Below are positions 39,428 through 52,365 of a DNA stretch of 64,000 nt, piece by piece. Numbering within the stretch: the stretch's first letter is position 1; each line of letters opens with the position of its first letter. The stretch is from Octopus sinensis. Lineage: Eukaryota. The notes below the pieces were generated by a model. That model was given only the letters and a program-made list of their open reading frames with translations. It did no database searches and was not told the origin of the DNA. The DNA is taken from NCBI RefSeq assembly GCF_006345805.1, contig NC_043000.1:123070001-123134000 (forward strand). The letters are read 5' to 3'. Position numbers and translations under genes: made by a program.

Positions 39428-39518
39428 TTTTTCTATTCCTGAGCGTTATACTAATACATCTGTTTGTTTTGTACACCACCTGCCTTCGTCTTTTGGTTTG
39501 TTTTTTTTCGTAAACTCT

Positions 39519-39571
<53 letters not shown>

Positions 39572-40653
39572 ATATATATGAATCTGATCCGACAGAGGGG
39601 ACTTTAAAATGTAGCTAACTTGAAAAATAATTTAAAACCGCATTAACAATTTTTTTCTTACTTTTCCAAGCTACCATTAAAGAACAAACCATTTTTGACA
39701 GGAGAAAGAAAAAACATTTCCATGTTAAATTTTATACATAACATTGATGGAAATTAATGAAAGGAAATGATAACACTGAAAAGACATACCGGGTAATCAT
39801 TATCCACATGCATACAGTTGTTATAGCTCTAAAAGAAACTCTAGGATATCCTTAAAGTACATGAAACACTTCAACATGAGTAGCCCAAGTAGATAATAAA
39901 GCATGAAGACAGCATCAGCCTACATCTCAGAAACAGGTTTTTAGGTAAGGTGAATTATAATTTCACTGCACCCCAACTACATTACTATGAATAAAATTTT
40001 TATGGAGGTTCTACTCTTCAATCCTTGAGAAGAAATGAATAACGTTAAAATACAAAATCAAGACGTCGATAAAAAAAAATTTTTTTATCGGAAAAAAAAA
40101 TAACTTCAATGAGCCAGCATTAGCTAAAAGTTTGACTTTTAACTCACAAGTCATATGCCAGAGGATGAAGGAAACCAATATTTTCGTTGAAAGAACTCCT
40201 TCTCAGAAGGACCCTAAATCATTTGAGGTTATGATCTGTAATGAAAAATGAGATTTCAGTCAGAATGCGTCACGGTGGTTAAATACAGTCATGAGCAAAA
40301 ATTCGAATCAAAAACAACAGTAAAATTTATACAATCAAATTTGAAATTTTCACTAAAGTTTGTGGAAGCTATAAAATGGCAAAACACCAACAAGAGATCA
40401 ACAGTTAAATACTGACACAAAATGTTAATGAAATTACACCGTGGAAGACCTTGTTGTAAACCATCTAAACACACAAAAAGACTTAAATTAATTTCTTGGG
40501 TTGTCAAACTTATCGTTGTCCATTTACGACTTCGACAGTGGACAGAGCTGCATAGAAGTAGATCGGTCGGTTGCAGATGTACGACCAGATATAGGTGTAC
40601 ATAGAGATACTGACATAGCTGTGTACAGGGGAACTGGTAGGGCAGTGTATATA

Positions 40654-40906
40654 CAGCGATAGGACAAAATAATGGAAACATCTTAAAATTTCAAACAAAT
40701 TTACTTTAATATGGGGTAGGACAGCCTTTGGCAGTAATTACAGCTTGAATTCTATGAGGTATGGACTCATACAAAATTTGAATTGTTTCCAAAGGAATTT
40801 TTGTCCATTCTTCAGCTAAAACAGTCTCCAGTTCTTGTAGTGATGGTGGTGGAGGATATCGACACCTTACTTGTTTTTCTAAAATGCACCATAAATGTTC
40901 AATAAT
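40654..40906 (-). mobile_element. Tc1-like transposon 3' end with transposase C-terminal fragment (40706-40906)
   Basis: Minus strand reads IIEHLWCILEKQVRCRYPPPPSLQELETVLAEEWTKIPLETIQILYESIPHRIQAVITAKGCPTPY*, then a TIR ending at CTG|TA (40654). Confidence 0.9.
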
Positions 40907-41110
40907 AATTGATAATTGATGTAAATCAATCGTTATTCATCAATTACATCTTCAGTTTCTGTTTTTCCTTATATTGATATCTCGCTAAGGTATAGTGAGA
41001 TTAATAACTTGATGTAGAACTCAATATATGTACAGTCCAGAACACAATATGGTAATAGAAAACAAAGAGATAATATTGAAAAAAACAAATGTTTCGTAAT
41101 GAACTTCATT

Positions 41111-41191
41111 AGGTTACAGCTGTTTCAGCTATAAGATGTGTTGAACTCTTAGTTGAGTACCAGGATAAAATCCTATAGCTTCATCAGAGCT
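41111..41191 (-). ncRNA. Type I hammerhead ribozyme motif, antisense to the host gene
   Basis: Minus strand reads AGCU-CUGAUGA-AGCUAUAG...UUAUAGCU-GAAA-C-AGCU-GUA|ACCU. Core intact, 8-bp stem II, palindromic stem III ACAGCUGU, 4-bp stem I with one C.C mismatch. Confidence 0.7.
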
Positions 41192-41869
41192 TTGAATATG
41201 AAGTGCACTTCATTTGGGAAAATTACATTTTCAGAACATACAAGTGTTATAAATGAGAATGTTTACGTTGATGGCTATGGAAATTTCTGTAAAATGATTA
41301 TGCACCTTCAGCCTAATGAGCTGCCTTTACTGCTAAGTGCTTTATAGGTGTGAAACCAATGGTCATTCTATGACTGGCCATAACTTTTAACTTTCGAAAA
41401 AATACGTTTCTACTGTAATGTATTTGAGCATAGGTTCTCAAAGTGGGCACCACTGCTCCCCAGTGGGTGTTGAGACGGTCCAGGTGGGCGCTGGTGCCAA
41501 AGGGGGCGGTGTGGGTGGTAGAGAAAATGAAGGCAGTGGATTGGGGGACGCTGTGAATTTATTATAATATTATTATGATTGATTGATTCTAGTTTCAGCT
41601 CATGAGCTGTGGCCATGCTGGGGCACAGTATTGTACACAAACAACTGACAAGCAAATCTGTGGTATTGAGCAGAATATTTGCTGTAGCCCATCTTTTATA
41701 CCAAGGCAAAACAATGTACATGATAACACTTCCAATCAGTTAAGATCAGAAGCCATGAGAGCTACTGCCTGGTACTGCATCAGGGCATTTAGTATTATTA
41801 TTATTATTATTATTATTATCATCATCATTATTATTATTGTTGTTGTTGTTGTTATTTTACACTCAACAG

Positions 41870-42897
41870 ATTAGACTGTTGGAAAAGAAAAGAATCCTAA
41901 CATTGGGTTACAAGTAGCCTTAGATGCCAAGAACCTTCCTATTAGGTTACAGCAAGTAACCGGCCCTCTAGCTTCTATTACTCTGTCAGTCTGAATGTTA
42001 AAGTCCCACATCTTGTATTTTTTACTTTCTAATACTCCTAGATACTTCTAACTCTCTCCTTCTTTCAATGATTTTACTGTCTGGCCATCTGGTAATTGGA
42101 TGCCTTCACTGTTAACTACCTGTCCCTTTCTCATGACTAATATTGCACACTTATCTATGCCAAATTCCATGCCTCTATCTTTGCTGAAGAGTCTTACAGT
42201 CTGAATTAAGGAATCTATCTCTTATTCATTTTTACTAAAAGCTTCAGATCATCCATGTAGAGCAAATTGTTAATTTTTCCATTACTATTTCTGAACTGAT
42301 ATCCTGCCTTTGCCTTCCTTAATACTAAACTGAGTGGGATCAAACATATTAAAGGGGACAACAAGTCTCCCTGGAAAGTTTCTCTTTCGATATAAACTGA
42401 GTATAGATCTACTTTCCATTTTTTCATGCTAAAGCTAATTAATTCTCTTATGTTGTCTGCTATACTGAATATACTCAAACTTTCACTTATCCATGAGTGT
42501 GAGATCATGTCGAAGGCTTTCCTATAATATATCCATGCTATCATTAGATTTTTTTTTTCTAGCTTTTATTTCATTTAGAACTGCTTTGTCTACACATAAT
42601 AGATCATGCGTTCCTCTAGCCTTCTTCCTGCAACCTTTCTGTTCTTCTGGTAGTAAATTCTTGTTGTCAAGGTGCTCATAAATGCTTTCTGAAAGCATTC
42701 CTGTTAACAGCTTCCACACTAATGGTAAGCAAATGGTTAGTCAGTAGCTGCTAGCTGTATTACACTTGTTCTTATCCTTCATATTGTCCTCCCTCTAGTC
42801 ATCAAATCTGGTACTGTTCCTCCATTAAGGCAATCCTAAAGTTGTTCCCTCTGCCCCTCATGTAAACCACTGAATTTCTTTTGCCAGTGCCAGTACA
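41870..42897 (-). mobile_element. R4/Dong-like non-LTR retrotransposon, decayed and internally deleted
   Basis: RT motifs LPEEQKGCRK, YRKAFDMISHSWI, FQGDLLSPL, LLYMDDLKL, GMEFGIDKCA, KYLGVLE, followed directly by WDFNIQTDRVIEAR. The 3' end abuts an (AAT)n tract. Confidence 0.85.
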
Positions 42898-43454
42898 GTG
42901 ATAAGAAAATGTTAAGAGGGCTTTTTGTTTAAACAGTTTACATAAAAGTGTTCAAAATAGGTAGTAAAATAAATTCATAATTATTTATAAGTTCATCAAA
43001 AGTCATGATTGTATAGAAGCATATATACAGAAATCATATTTAATACATCTATGATTACCAGTTTTTAACACAACAAAGGCTACACAAAGCCTTTACATCT
43101 TACTTTTGAAAATCTTTTTTTAAAAAAGTGAAACCGGTCAAGTCAATAAGCATCTTTAAAAGAGCTCTGCATTTTCAAATCCGCTTTCTTACATATATAT
43201 AAATTTAAAATGAGGGCGAGAAATTAGATATTAATTTAATTAACATCGATTTCACACCAGTGGTCTAGCATATAAAAAAACTGAAGGTTCAGTAAAATTG
43301 CATTAAATACATATTAGAGGGAAACCACTATGTGGACTCCCTTATGCTAGAAATAGATCCGCTATGGTCTTACCACTTAGTGGTAAGACCATAGCGATAT
43401 ATATATGTATGTGTGTATATATGTATGTGTATGTATATGTATGTGTGTATATAT

Positions 43455-43815
43455 ATCATCATCATCATCATTTAGCGTCCGATTTCCATGCTAGCATGGT
43501 TGGACGGTTCAACTGGGGTCTGTGAAGCCAGAAGGCTGCATCAGACCCAGTCTGATCTGGCAGTGTTTCTACGGCTGGATGCCCTTCCTAACGCCAACCA
43601 CTCCGCGAGTGTAGTGGGTGCTTTTTACGTGCCACCTGCACAGGTGCCAGATGGAGCTGGCAAACGGCCACGAACGGATGGTGCTTTTACGTGCCACCGG
43701 CACGGGGGCCAAGCAAGGCTGGTAACGGACACGAACGGATGGTGCTTTTATGTGCCACCGGCATGGAGGCCAGTCGGGGCGGCGCTGGCAACGGCCACAA
43801 GCGGATGGTTTGCTT
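43455..43815 (-). mobile_element. RTE-type 3' end with (GAT)n tail and three ~60-bp repeats
   Basis: (CAT)n followed by TTTAGCGTCCG.TTTCCATGCTAGCATGG.TTGGACGG, and repeated GAACGGATGGTGCTTTTA(C/T)GTGCCACC. Confidence 0.75.
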
Positions 43816-43853
43816 AACCACAGCTGCAATGTATGTATGTGTGTATGTGTGTG

Positions 43854-43903
<50 letters not shown>

Positions 43904-44219
43904 TCTTCCATCACCGCTTGACAACCTGAGTAACATATCTGTAACATAGTTATTCAGCAAAAAGACTGGCACGATATGTGCCAGACTTAAAAATAAGCCT
44001 GGAGGCAAATTGTTTAACTAAACCCTTCAAGGCGATTCCCCATTATGATAACAGTTGAATGAATGAAACAAACAAATGATAAAAGAAGTAAATGAACCGT
44101 GAATTTATGTATTTTTAGATAATCAAAATAGCCCTTCAATAATGCAATTGATGCACAGTTTCAACAGGCGGCTTCATATCATGTGCGTGCCTGTGTGAGT
44201 ACGTGTGTGTGACAAACAA

Positions 44220-44413
44220 ACCTATTTCTTTACTGCCCACAAGGGGCTAAACACAGAGGGGACAAATAAGGACAGGCAAACGGATTAAGTCGATTACATC
44301 GACCCCAAAGCGTAACTGGTACTTATTTAATCGACCCCGAAAAGATGAAAGGCAAAGTCGACCTCGGCGAAATTTGAACTCGGAACGTAGGGGCAGACGA
44401 AATACCGCTAAGC
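44220..44413 (-). mobile_element. SINE family B, head-truncated
   Basis: CCCACAAGGGGCTAAACACAGAGGGGAC tail plus core. Confidence 0.85.
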
Positions 44414-45271
44414 AAACCGAAAGATCCTATACGCAGTTGCTTTATCTGCTAGAAATAGCAGCGAAATGTTCCTGAAATCACTCCCTCTTATCTTATAGAA
44501 AACTGAAGGACACGTTGGATAATATAACCAACAATACATTATTTTTGAAAATTAGGAATGAGAGTTAGGCTGGTCACAGCTTGAATTTTTTTGTCGCTAA
44601 TCTGTAGAATCAAGATTGATTTAGCTAGTGTATAATCAACATTAACAGGAAATATTTTAATTTCTATGTATTTTCCTAGCGAAAGAAAATGAATTAACTC
44701 TAAGATGCTGATGTTCTATTGATAAATCATTAGTATATCTATTTAAAAGAACTAAAGGACAGATTCGTTTGTCATAACACGTATAGGTCATAGGTTTATT
44801 TTGTTCAATTGGGGCTGTCCTAGGGCTAAACAACATCAATCCTACTGTTTCTAAAGAAACGCCGTTCCTAATTCTACGCATGCGCATCGGCGAAATTCTA
44901 TCGTCTGCTACACACAATTTCAGTAAATTCGCTGTCACTCAAATTTTATTTCGATAGGAAAATATTTTTTAAAAATTAAACGTTCGTCCCGTTTAATGTC
45001 GTATTCACTAACTGAATCAGTCTTGATTCAACAGATCTATGATTGAAGGTATTCCAGCCGTAGCCAAACCATTTATTATTATTTTTTTAATTTTTCACCC
45101 TTTGTGTATGGGTGATTATGCTATCCAATGCGTAGTTTTAGGGGGAGTGATTTCAGGAACATTTCGCTACTATTTCTAGCAGTTCAAGAGACTATGCATA
45201 GAAAACAAACGTTTGTGACACAATCTATGTGTGTGTGTGTTTGTGTGCGTGTGTGTGTGTGAGTGACTGCA

Positions 45272-45375
<104 letters not shown>

Positions 45376-45945
45376 CGATTACAGCTGACCTAGGGCTAGA
45401 TAATAACCATTCCTGATCATATCTCTTGTCAATCACCATCAGTTCTAATCCTAAAGAAACGCCGTTCCTAATTCTACGCATGCGCATCGGCGAAATTCTA
45501 TCGTCTGCTACACGCAATCTCTCCGACATGAAAAGACGCTAATGCTGCTCACCTTTCACCAATTTTAAAACGGCTCAGCTAAAATGTCTTGTCCAGTCTC
45601 TTTAACTTTGATTTATTTCACTAAAAATTTACCAACGTTTCCACAAAACAAAAATGACGGCATATCAATACAGTTAGTTTCTTTCTCTCTCTTATTTAAA
45701 GCACTAAGTTCTTCTGACATTTTTCATACAGTAAGTCTGTCTAATGCCGTAACTTTAACAAATATACGAAATGGTGAGTTTACATTTTAGTCGTATTTGT
45801 CGATTTGGTTTTCTTGCTTTGTATTCATTTTTGTAAATACTCATGTTTTTAACATTTCTTTCTTCTGAGAAAAGTAAACCAAATATCAAATATATATTCC
45901 TGGGTATTGCCATGAGGTCTTACATTATATCATGGTCTATCGCAC

Positions 45946-46075
<130 letters not shown>

Positions 46076-46320
46076 ATATTATGTATATATATATATAATA
46101 TACTAGACTTTTGCTATCGTCATTTTAACATGGGATATTTGAGAAGACATTTTTAAAACCTAATATTTATTTCAAACTCATATATATATATCGAAATTGC
46201 TATGATGATCTGGTTCTTGACTGATGACTGAGGGCTTCGAATGTCCCGTCCTGTGGTTCTTGTGTCGTCTCTGTGGTGTTTCATGTTCTTGTCCATGTCT
46301 GTAATTATTTTTACTGTTTA

Positions 46321-46443
<123 letters not shown>

Positions 46444-46617
46444 ATATATATATTATGTATATATATATAATATACTAGACTTTTGCTGTCGTCATTTTAA
46501 CATGGGATATTTGAGAAGACATTTTTAAAACCTAATATTTATTTCAAACTCATCAACTTTCGATGGTGATTACACGAACCGTAGTGATTTTAATACGACT
46601 GGTTTTAAAATGTTATA

Positions 46618-46825
46618 TTTCTTTATTGCCCACAAGGGGCTAAGCACAGAGGAGACAAATAAGAATAGACAAACGGATTAAGTCGATTACGTCGACCCCA
46701 GTGCGTAACTGGTACTTATTTAATCGACTCCCGAAAGGATGAGAGGCAAAGTCGACCTCGGCGGAATTTGAACTCAGAACGTAACGGCAGACGAAATACG
46801 GCTACGCATTTCACCCGGCGTGCAA
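46618..46825 (-). mobile_element. SINE family B inserted in one unit of the tandem array
   Basis: Near-consensus; the homologous empty site is at ~48555. Confidence 0.88.
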
Positions 46826-48027
46826 ATAATGTAATAACATTCAAATGTCTTGCAAAAATATGAAAATGCAATTTTTCTTTCGATTTTCGAAGATTATTAC
46901 GATGAAAATTATAGTCCATCGTACTGGTGATGAAGCACAAAAAATTACTGTCACCAAAACTATTTGTAAACCCTATTATATTTTCTTTTATTTCTTCTCA
47001 TATAAAATAAAAGTAAATTCGCTGTGAGTCAAATTAGTTTTATTTCGATAGGAAAATATATTTTTTTTTTAATTAAACGTTCGTCCCGTTTAATGTCGTA
47101 TTCACTAACTGAATCAGTCATGATTCATCAGATCTATGATGGAAGGTATTCCAGCCGTGACCAAACCATTTTTTTTCTTTTTTTTTTTTGCTTTATTATT
47201 ATTCATCCTTTGTGTATGGATGACTATACTATCCAATGCGTAGTTTCGGGGGGGGGGGTGATTTCAGGAACAGTTCGCTACTATTTCTAGCAGATCAAGA
47301 GACTGTGTACAGAAAACGTTTCTGACAAACTGTGCGTGTGCGTGCGTTCGTGTGTGCGTGCGTTCGTGTGTGTGCGTGCGTGTGTGTGCGTGCGTATGTG
47401 TGCGTGCGTGCGTGCGTGGGAGTGTGTGTTCGATCACAGCTGACCTAGGGCTAAATAAGTCATTCCTGATCATATCTCTTGTCAATCATCAATAGTTCCA
47501 ATTCCAAAGAAACGCGTTCCTAATTCTACGCATGCGCCTCAGTGAAATTCTATCGTCTGCTACACGCAATCTCTCCGACATGAAAAGACGCTAATGCTGC
47601 TCACCTCTCACCAATTTTAATTCGGCTCAACTAAAATGTCTTGTCCAGTCTCTTTAACTTACATTATTTCAGTGAAAACGCACCAACTCTCCATATCACG
47701 TTTCTACGAAAGAAAAATGACGGCATATCAATACACTTAGTTTATTTTTCTCTCTATAAAAACACTAAGTTGTTCTGACATTTTCATACAATAGTTGATC
47801 TAATGCCGTAACTTTAACAATGTACAAAATTATGAGTCTGCATTTTAGTTGTATTTGTAGATTTTGTTGCCTTATTTGTATTCATTTTTGTAAATACTCA
47901 CGTTTGACATTTCTTTCTTCTGAGAAAAATAGACCAAATATCCAGTATATATTCCCGAGTATTGCCATAAGATCTTACTTTTTTATGTTGTCTGTCGTAC
48001 ATTATATTAAATATTTTTATATATATA

Positions 48028-48402
48028 AGCGCAAGCGTTGCTGTGTAATTAAAAGTTTGCTTCCCAACTACATAGTTCCGGGTTCAGTGCAACTGCATGA
48101 CACCTTAGGCAAGTGTCTTGTACGATAGCCTTGGGACGACCAAATTGTTGTGGGTGTCTTTGGTAGGTGGAAGCTAAAAGAAACCGGACGTATATGTGGG
48201 GGTGTGTGCTTTTATCTCTGTGTTCGTTCCCCACCACCTTTGACAATGGATCTTTTCAATCTGTCGGACAGATTTTTTTTTTTTAGCTAAACACTTTGAA
48301 TACTAAGTACCAGGCTTTAAAAATATTAAGTATAGGGATCGATTCACGGCAGTACCCCACTATGACCGCAATTCAATAACTGAGACAAGTAAAAGATAAA
48401 AT
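48028..48402 (+). mobile_element. SINE family A inserted at the (TA)n position of an array unit
   Basis: Head, core and tail recognisable. Confidence 0.8.
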
Positions 48403-49659
48403 TTATGCCAGTCACTTTCCGTTATCGTTATTTTAACTTGAGATATATCAAATAGACTTAATATTTATTTCAACCTTATCACCTATTGGTAAACATCTAT
48501 CGTATTTGATAATCAAACCCCAGTGATTTTAATATAAATGATTTTAAAATGTTATAATTTAATAATATTCAAATCTCTAAAAAATTTATCAAAATACATT
48601 TTTCTATTTGCTTTTCGAACACAATTACGACGAAAATTGTAGTCTATCTTACGAAGTGCTTAAACACGTAAACGATTTTTAAGTGCTAAGCACTTAAAAA
48701 TATACATCACCAAAACTATTCGCAAGCCTTGTTATATGATTTTTGTTATTTGTTCCTATATAAAACAAAAAGAAATTCACTGTCACTCAAATTCTCATTC
48801 GTTATGAAAATATATAAAAATCAAGCATTCGACCCATATACTAGCTAAGTCAGTATATATGGAACAAGATATATGATGAAAAACATTCCAGTCATGACCA
48901 GCCCATGTATTTTCTTTTGTATGGATGATTATTTTTGTTCAATGTGTAATTCCTTTACTTTTACGATAGTAGAAAGTGATTCAGGAACTACTATTTCAAG
49001 TGGATCATGATCTCTTGATTTAATTCTGACATAGACACACAGAGAGGAATGGAAACAAACTTCTAATATAAATGTCTCGATTTTCTTCTACAACAAAATT
49101 ATCTCCCCTTTATGATCAACTCATTTTTCACTTCTCTTCTATGATTGCTACATTTCTTGCCTAAAATAACTGCTGCATGACAGGATACACAATGTATTTG
49201 CAGACTTCACTGAATCATTATATACCCAAACTGCTTGAGTTTGGATTGTTCCCAATAATTCAATTGGCTACACCTGCAGTAGGCTTCTGCTTAATCAAGC
49301 ATAACTGATTTGAGTTACACATCTGCTATAAATGTATTAACTATTGCATATTGGCACTGATTCCAGAGGACTTTCGAAATAAATTTCAGTCAATACTTGT
49401 GTTATCAAACCGTTTAGAAAGATCCCCTTATCAGTTTATTACATATGCATTTAATAAAGAAATGCCATGTAATATAGTAAAGAAAGACATTTAACAAAGC
49501 TAGGTAGCTAAAATAATTAGCAGTTAAACAAAGAAATCTGCCTTAATTTAGCAGACTGGTATTATTCATTTATGCAGAAAAGTTTGAAAACTGTAGAATC
49601 TATCTCCAAATGTATTGACAAAATGCACCTTATATATGCATATATAATAGAATATATAC

Positions 49660-50040
49660 ACAGCATAACTGTGTGGTAAGAAGTTTGCTTCTCAACTACA
49701 TGGTTCTGGAGTCAATCCCACTGTTTGGCACCTTAAGAAAGCGGCTTCTACTATAGCCCCAAGTTGATCAAAGCCTTGTGAGAAGATGTAGTTGAAAAAC
49801 TGAAATAAGCCTGTTGTATATGTGTGCATGTGTCTGTGTGTGTCTTTGTATTTGTATTTGTCCCTACCACTCACTGACAAAGTTTGTTAATGTCCTCATA
49901 ATTTAGCAGTTCAGCAAAAATGAGACCAATAAGTTCCAGACTTAAGAAAAATGTATAGGCACAATTTGTTGGACTAAACTCTCCAAGGCAGTACCCCAGC
50001 ACATCCACAGTCTAATGACTGAAATGAATAAAAGATAACA
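49660..50040 (+). mobile_element. SINE family A, CpG-decayed
   Basis: CTGTGTGGTAAGAAGTTTGCTTCTCAAC head. Confidence 0.8.
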
Positions 50041-51654
50041 AGATATATATTGTATAACCAGCCATCACTCACCAGTATAAACACAGCTTAGTAACCGGTT
50101 TCATGCTTTCACAACTTGTTTTAGATGCCTTTGTAATCATGAGTAGACTAGATACCTTCTCAACTGTCTTGCCCTTGACCCTGCATAACATCCAGTATGT
50201 GACAGCTGAAGGGAGAGGGGACTGCATCAGCACTAGGCTGGTACTTATTACAGCTAAGTAGACTATCAATGTTAAGGGAACACAAAACACCACCTAATCC
50301 AGGAATTGCACCCATGAGCTTAAGATCATGAGTTGAGCACCCTAACCATTAGGCCACATGTCTTTACACCTAATGTCTCATATATATAAGAAATTAAACC
50401 ATGTCTTCCCATCATTTAATTGTCTTAATTGCAATTTTAACTATAATTAGCAGTTGATATCTTCACAGACTAAAACCTGTTTTTATAGCATTCCATTTAT
50501 TTCTGCCAACACTTTGACAAAAGGTTTCTCTATTATTTACTATTATAGTTTCAAATGTTGACACAGGGCCAGCAGTTTTTGAAGGGAGGAAGAAGTCAGT
50601 TACATTGACTGGTACTTATTTTATCAACCCTAAAAAGATGAACGGCAAAATCAACCTCAGCAGAATTTGAGCTCAGAGCATATAGACAGACAAAATGTCA
50701 CCAAGCATTTTATCTGGCATGCTAATGGTTCTAATATCTACAATAATAAGTTTGGAATATGTCCAAAAAAATATATTGATCTTTTGAATAACTCTAATTT
50801 TGTTATTTATACTGTTTTGCAGTATTTATTACATCTCTTTGCATTTTGAGTTCAAATCCTGGCAAGTTCATCTTTGCCATTCATCTTTTCAGGATCAATT
50901 AAAAAGGACCAATTTGAAAATGGTGGATTAACAGGACTGTGAGAACATTGGACTTGATGCCATGCAGAATCTGTTTTGGCTTTTTGTGTTCTGAGTTCAA
51001 ATCCCATCATGAGTTAACCTGTCACTTAGTTTAAAACTACTACCTGATACCTTAGGTGCCTTTAGTGGAGTTCACTTTGTTGCATTCATTTAGGCCAGGT
51101 TTCTAGTTTGAGGAAATCTTCTTTCCTCCCACTTTGTTTCCCTGTCATTTTCAGAGACCCTGTAATGAAACACTGACACTGTTTTTCACCTTAACTAAAA
51201 AGATTTTAAAAATTATATAATAATAATAGAAATAAAGAAATACAAAATGTATAAAAAACAAATTTATGTGAAAGAAAATATAGCATCGTTATAATTGTTT
51301 TGTTTCTGTTTATTTTCTTGTTTCATATTTATGTCATTTAGCATCTAATTATCTTTGCTAGTATAGGTATGATTATTTTAGCAAATTTGTAAATTTATTT
51401 AGTATAGGAATGAAGTCTATTGTCGCTAATGAAAACTGAATCTGAGTTGTTAACACAATTATTATAGAAACTAGTTGTAATCTGTTGCTATGCTGCTTGG
51501 TAATGACCTAGTCAAGATGAAATATACCCTTCAACAATAACCTGTTTTTAAACAAATTTTAATTCTCTCTCTCCACCCCTCTCTCTCTCTCACACACACA
51601 CATGCTCTGTATTTCTCTTTAAATAAAAACAACTTTTTCTTCTAATTCTATCTC

Positions 51655-51703
<49 letters not shown>

Positions 51704-51707
<4 letters not shown>

Positions 51708-52002
51708 ACAACAGCAACAACAACAACAATCTGTCATCATCATGAAAGTCTTTTTTTAAAGTCTGTTGCTTTGTCTATTTGTTGAAAGACAAAGAAACAC
51801 TCTCTCACACACACATACACACACAAACAAACAACCCCAAAAATAACTATATGTATTATATATATATATATGTGCGTGTGTGTGTGTGTGTATATATACA
51901 TTTAGTTATTTTTTTAAAGTCTGTGTTGCATTATGTTGAAAGACTTGCATTTAAAATTTGTATTTTTAATCGAAACTTGTTATTGTCTATCTTTGACACA
52001 CA

Positions 52003-52037
<35 letters not shown>

Positions 52038-52365
52038 CTCTCTCTTGACAACAGCAACAACAACAACAATCTGTCATCATCATGAAAGTCTTTTTTTAAA
52101 GTCTGTTGCTTTGTCTATTTGTTGAAAGACAAAGAAACACTCTCTCACACACACATACACACACAAACAAACAACCCCAAAAATAACTATATGTATTATA
52201 TATATATATATGTGCGTGTGTGTGTGTGTGTATATATACATTTAGTTATTTTTTTAAAGTCTGTGTTGCATTATGTTGAAAGACTTGCATTTAAAATTTG
52301 TATTTTTAATCGAAACTTGTTATTGTCTATCTTTGACACACACTCTCTCTCTCTCTCTCTCTCTC
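51704..52365 (+). repeat. Perfect 340-bp tandem duplication bounded by (CT)n
   Basis: TTGACAACAGCAACAA..CTTTGACACACAC is repeated at an offset of exactly 340; the ORF track gives identical peptides at 51779 and 52119. Confidence 0.95.

Noticed and set aside
43610-43800. Repeat-spacer-like array (three ~20-30 bp repeats, ~60 bp period) resembling CRISPR
   Set aside because: Eukaryotic context, no cas genes, spacers related to each other, and the block is an RTE 3' UTR that recurs inverted at 63590-63760.
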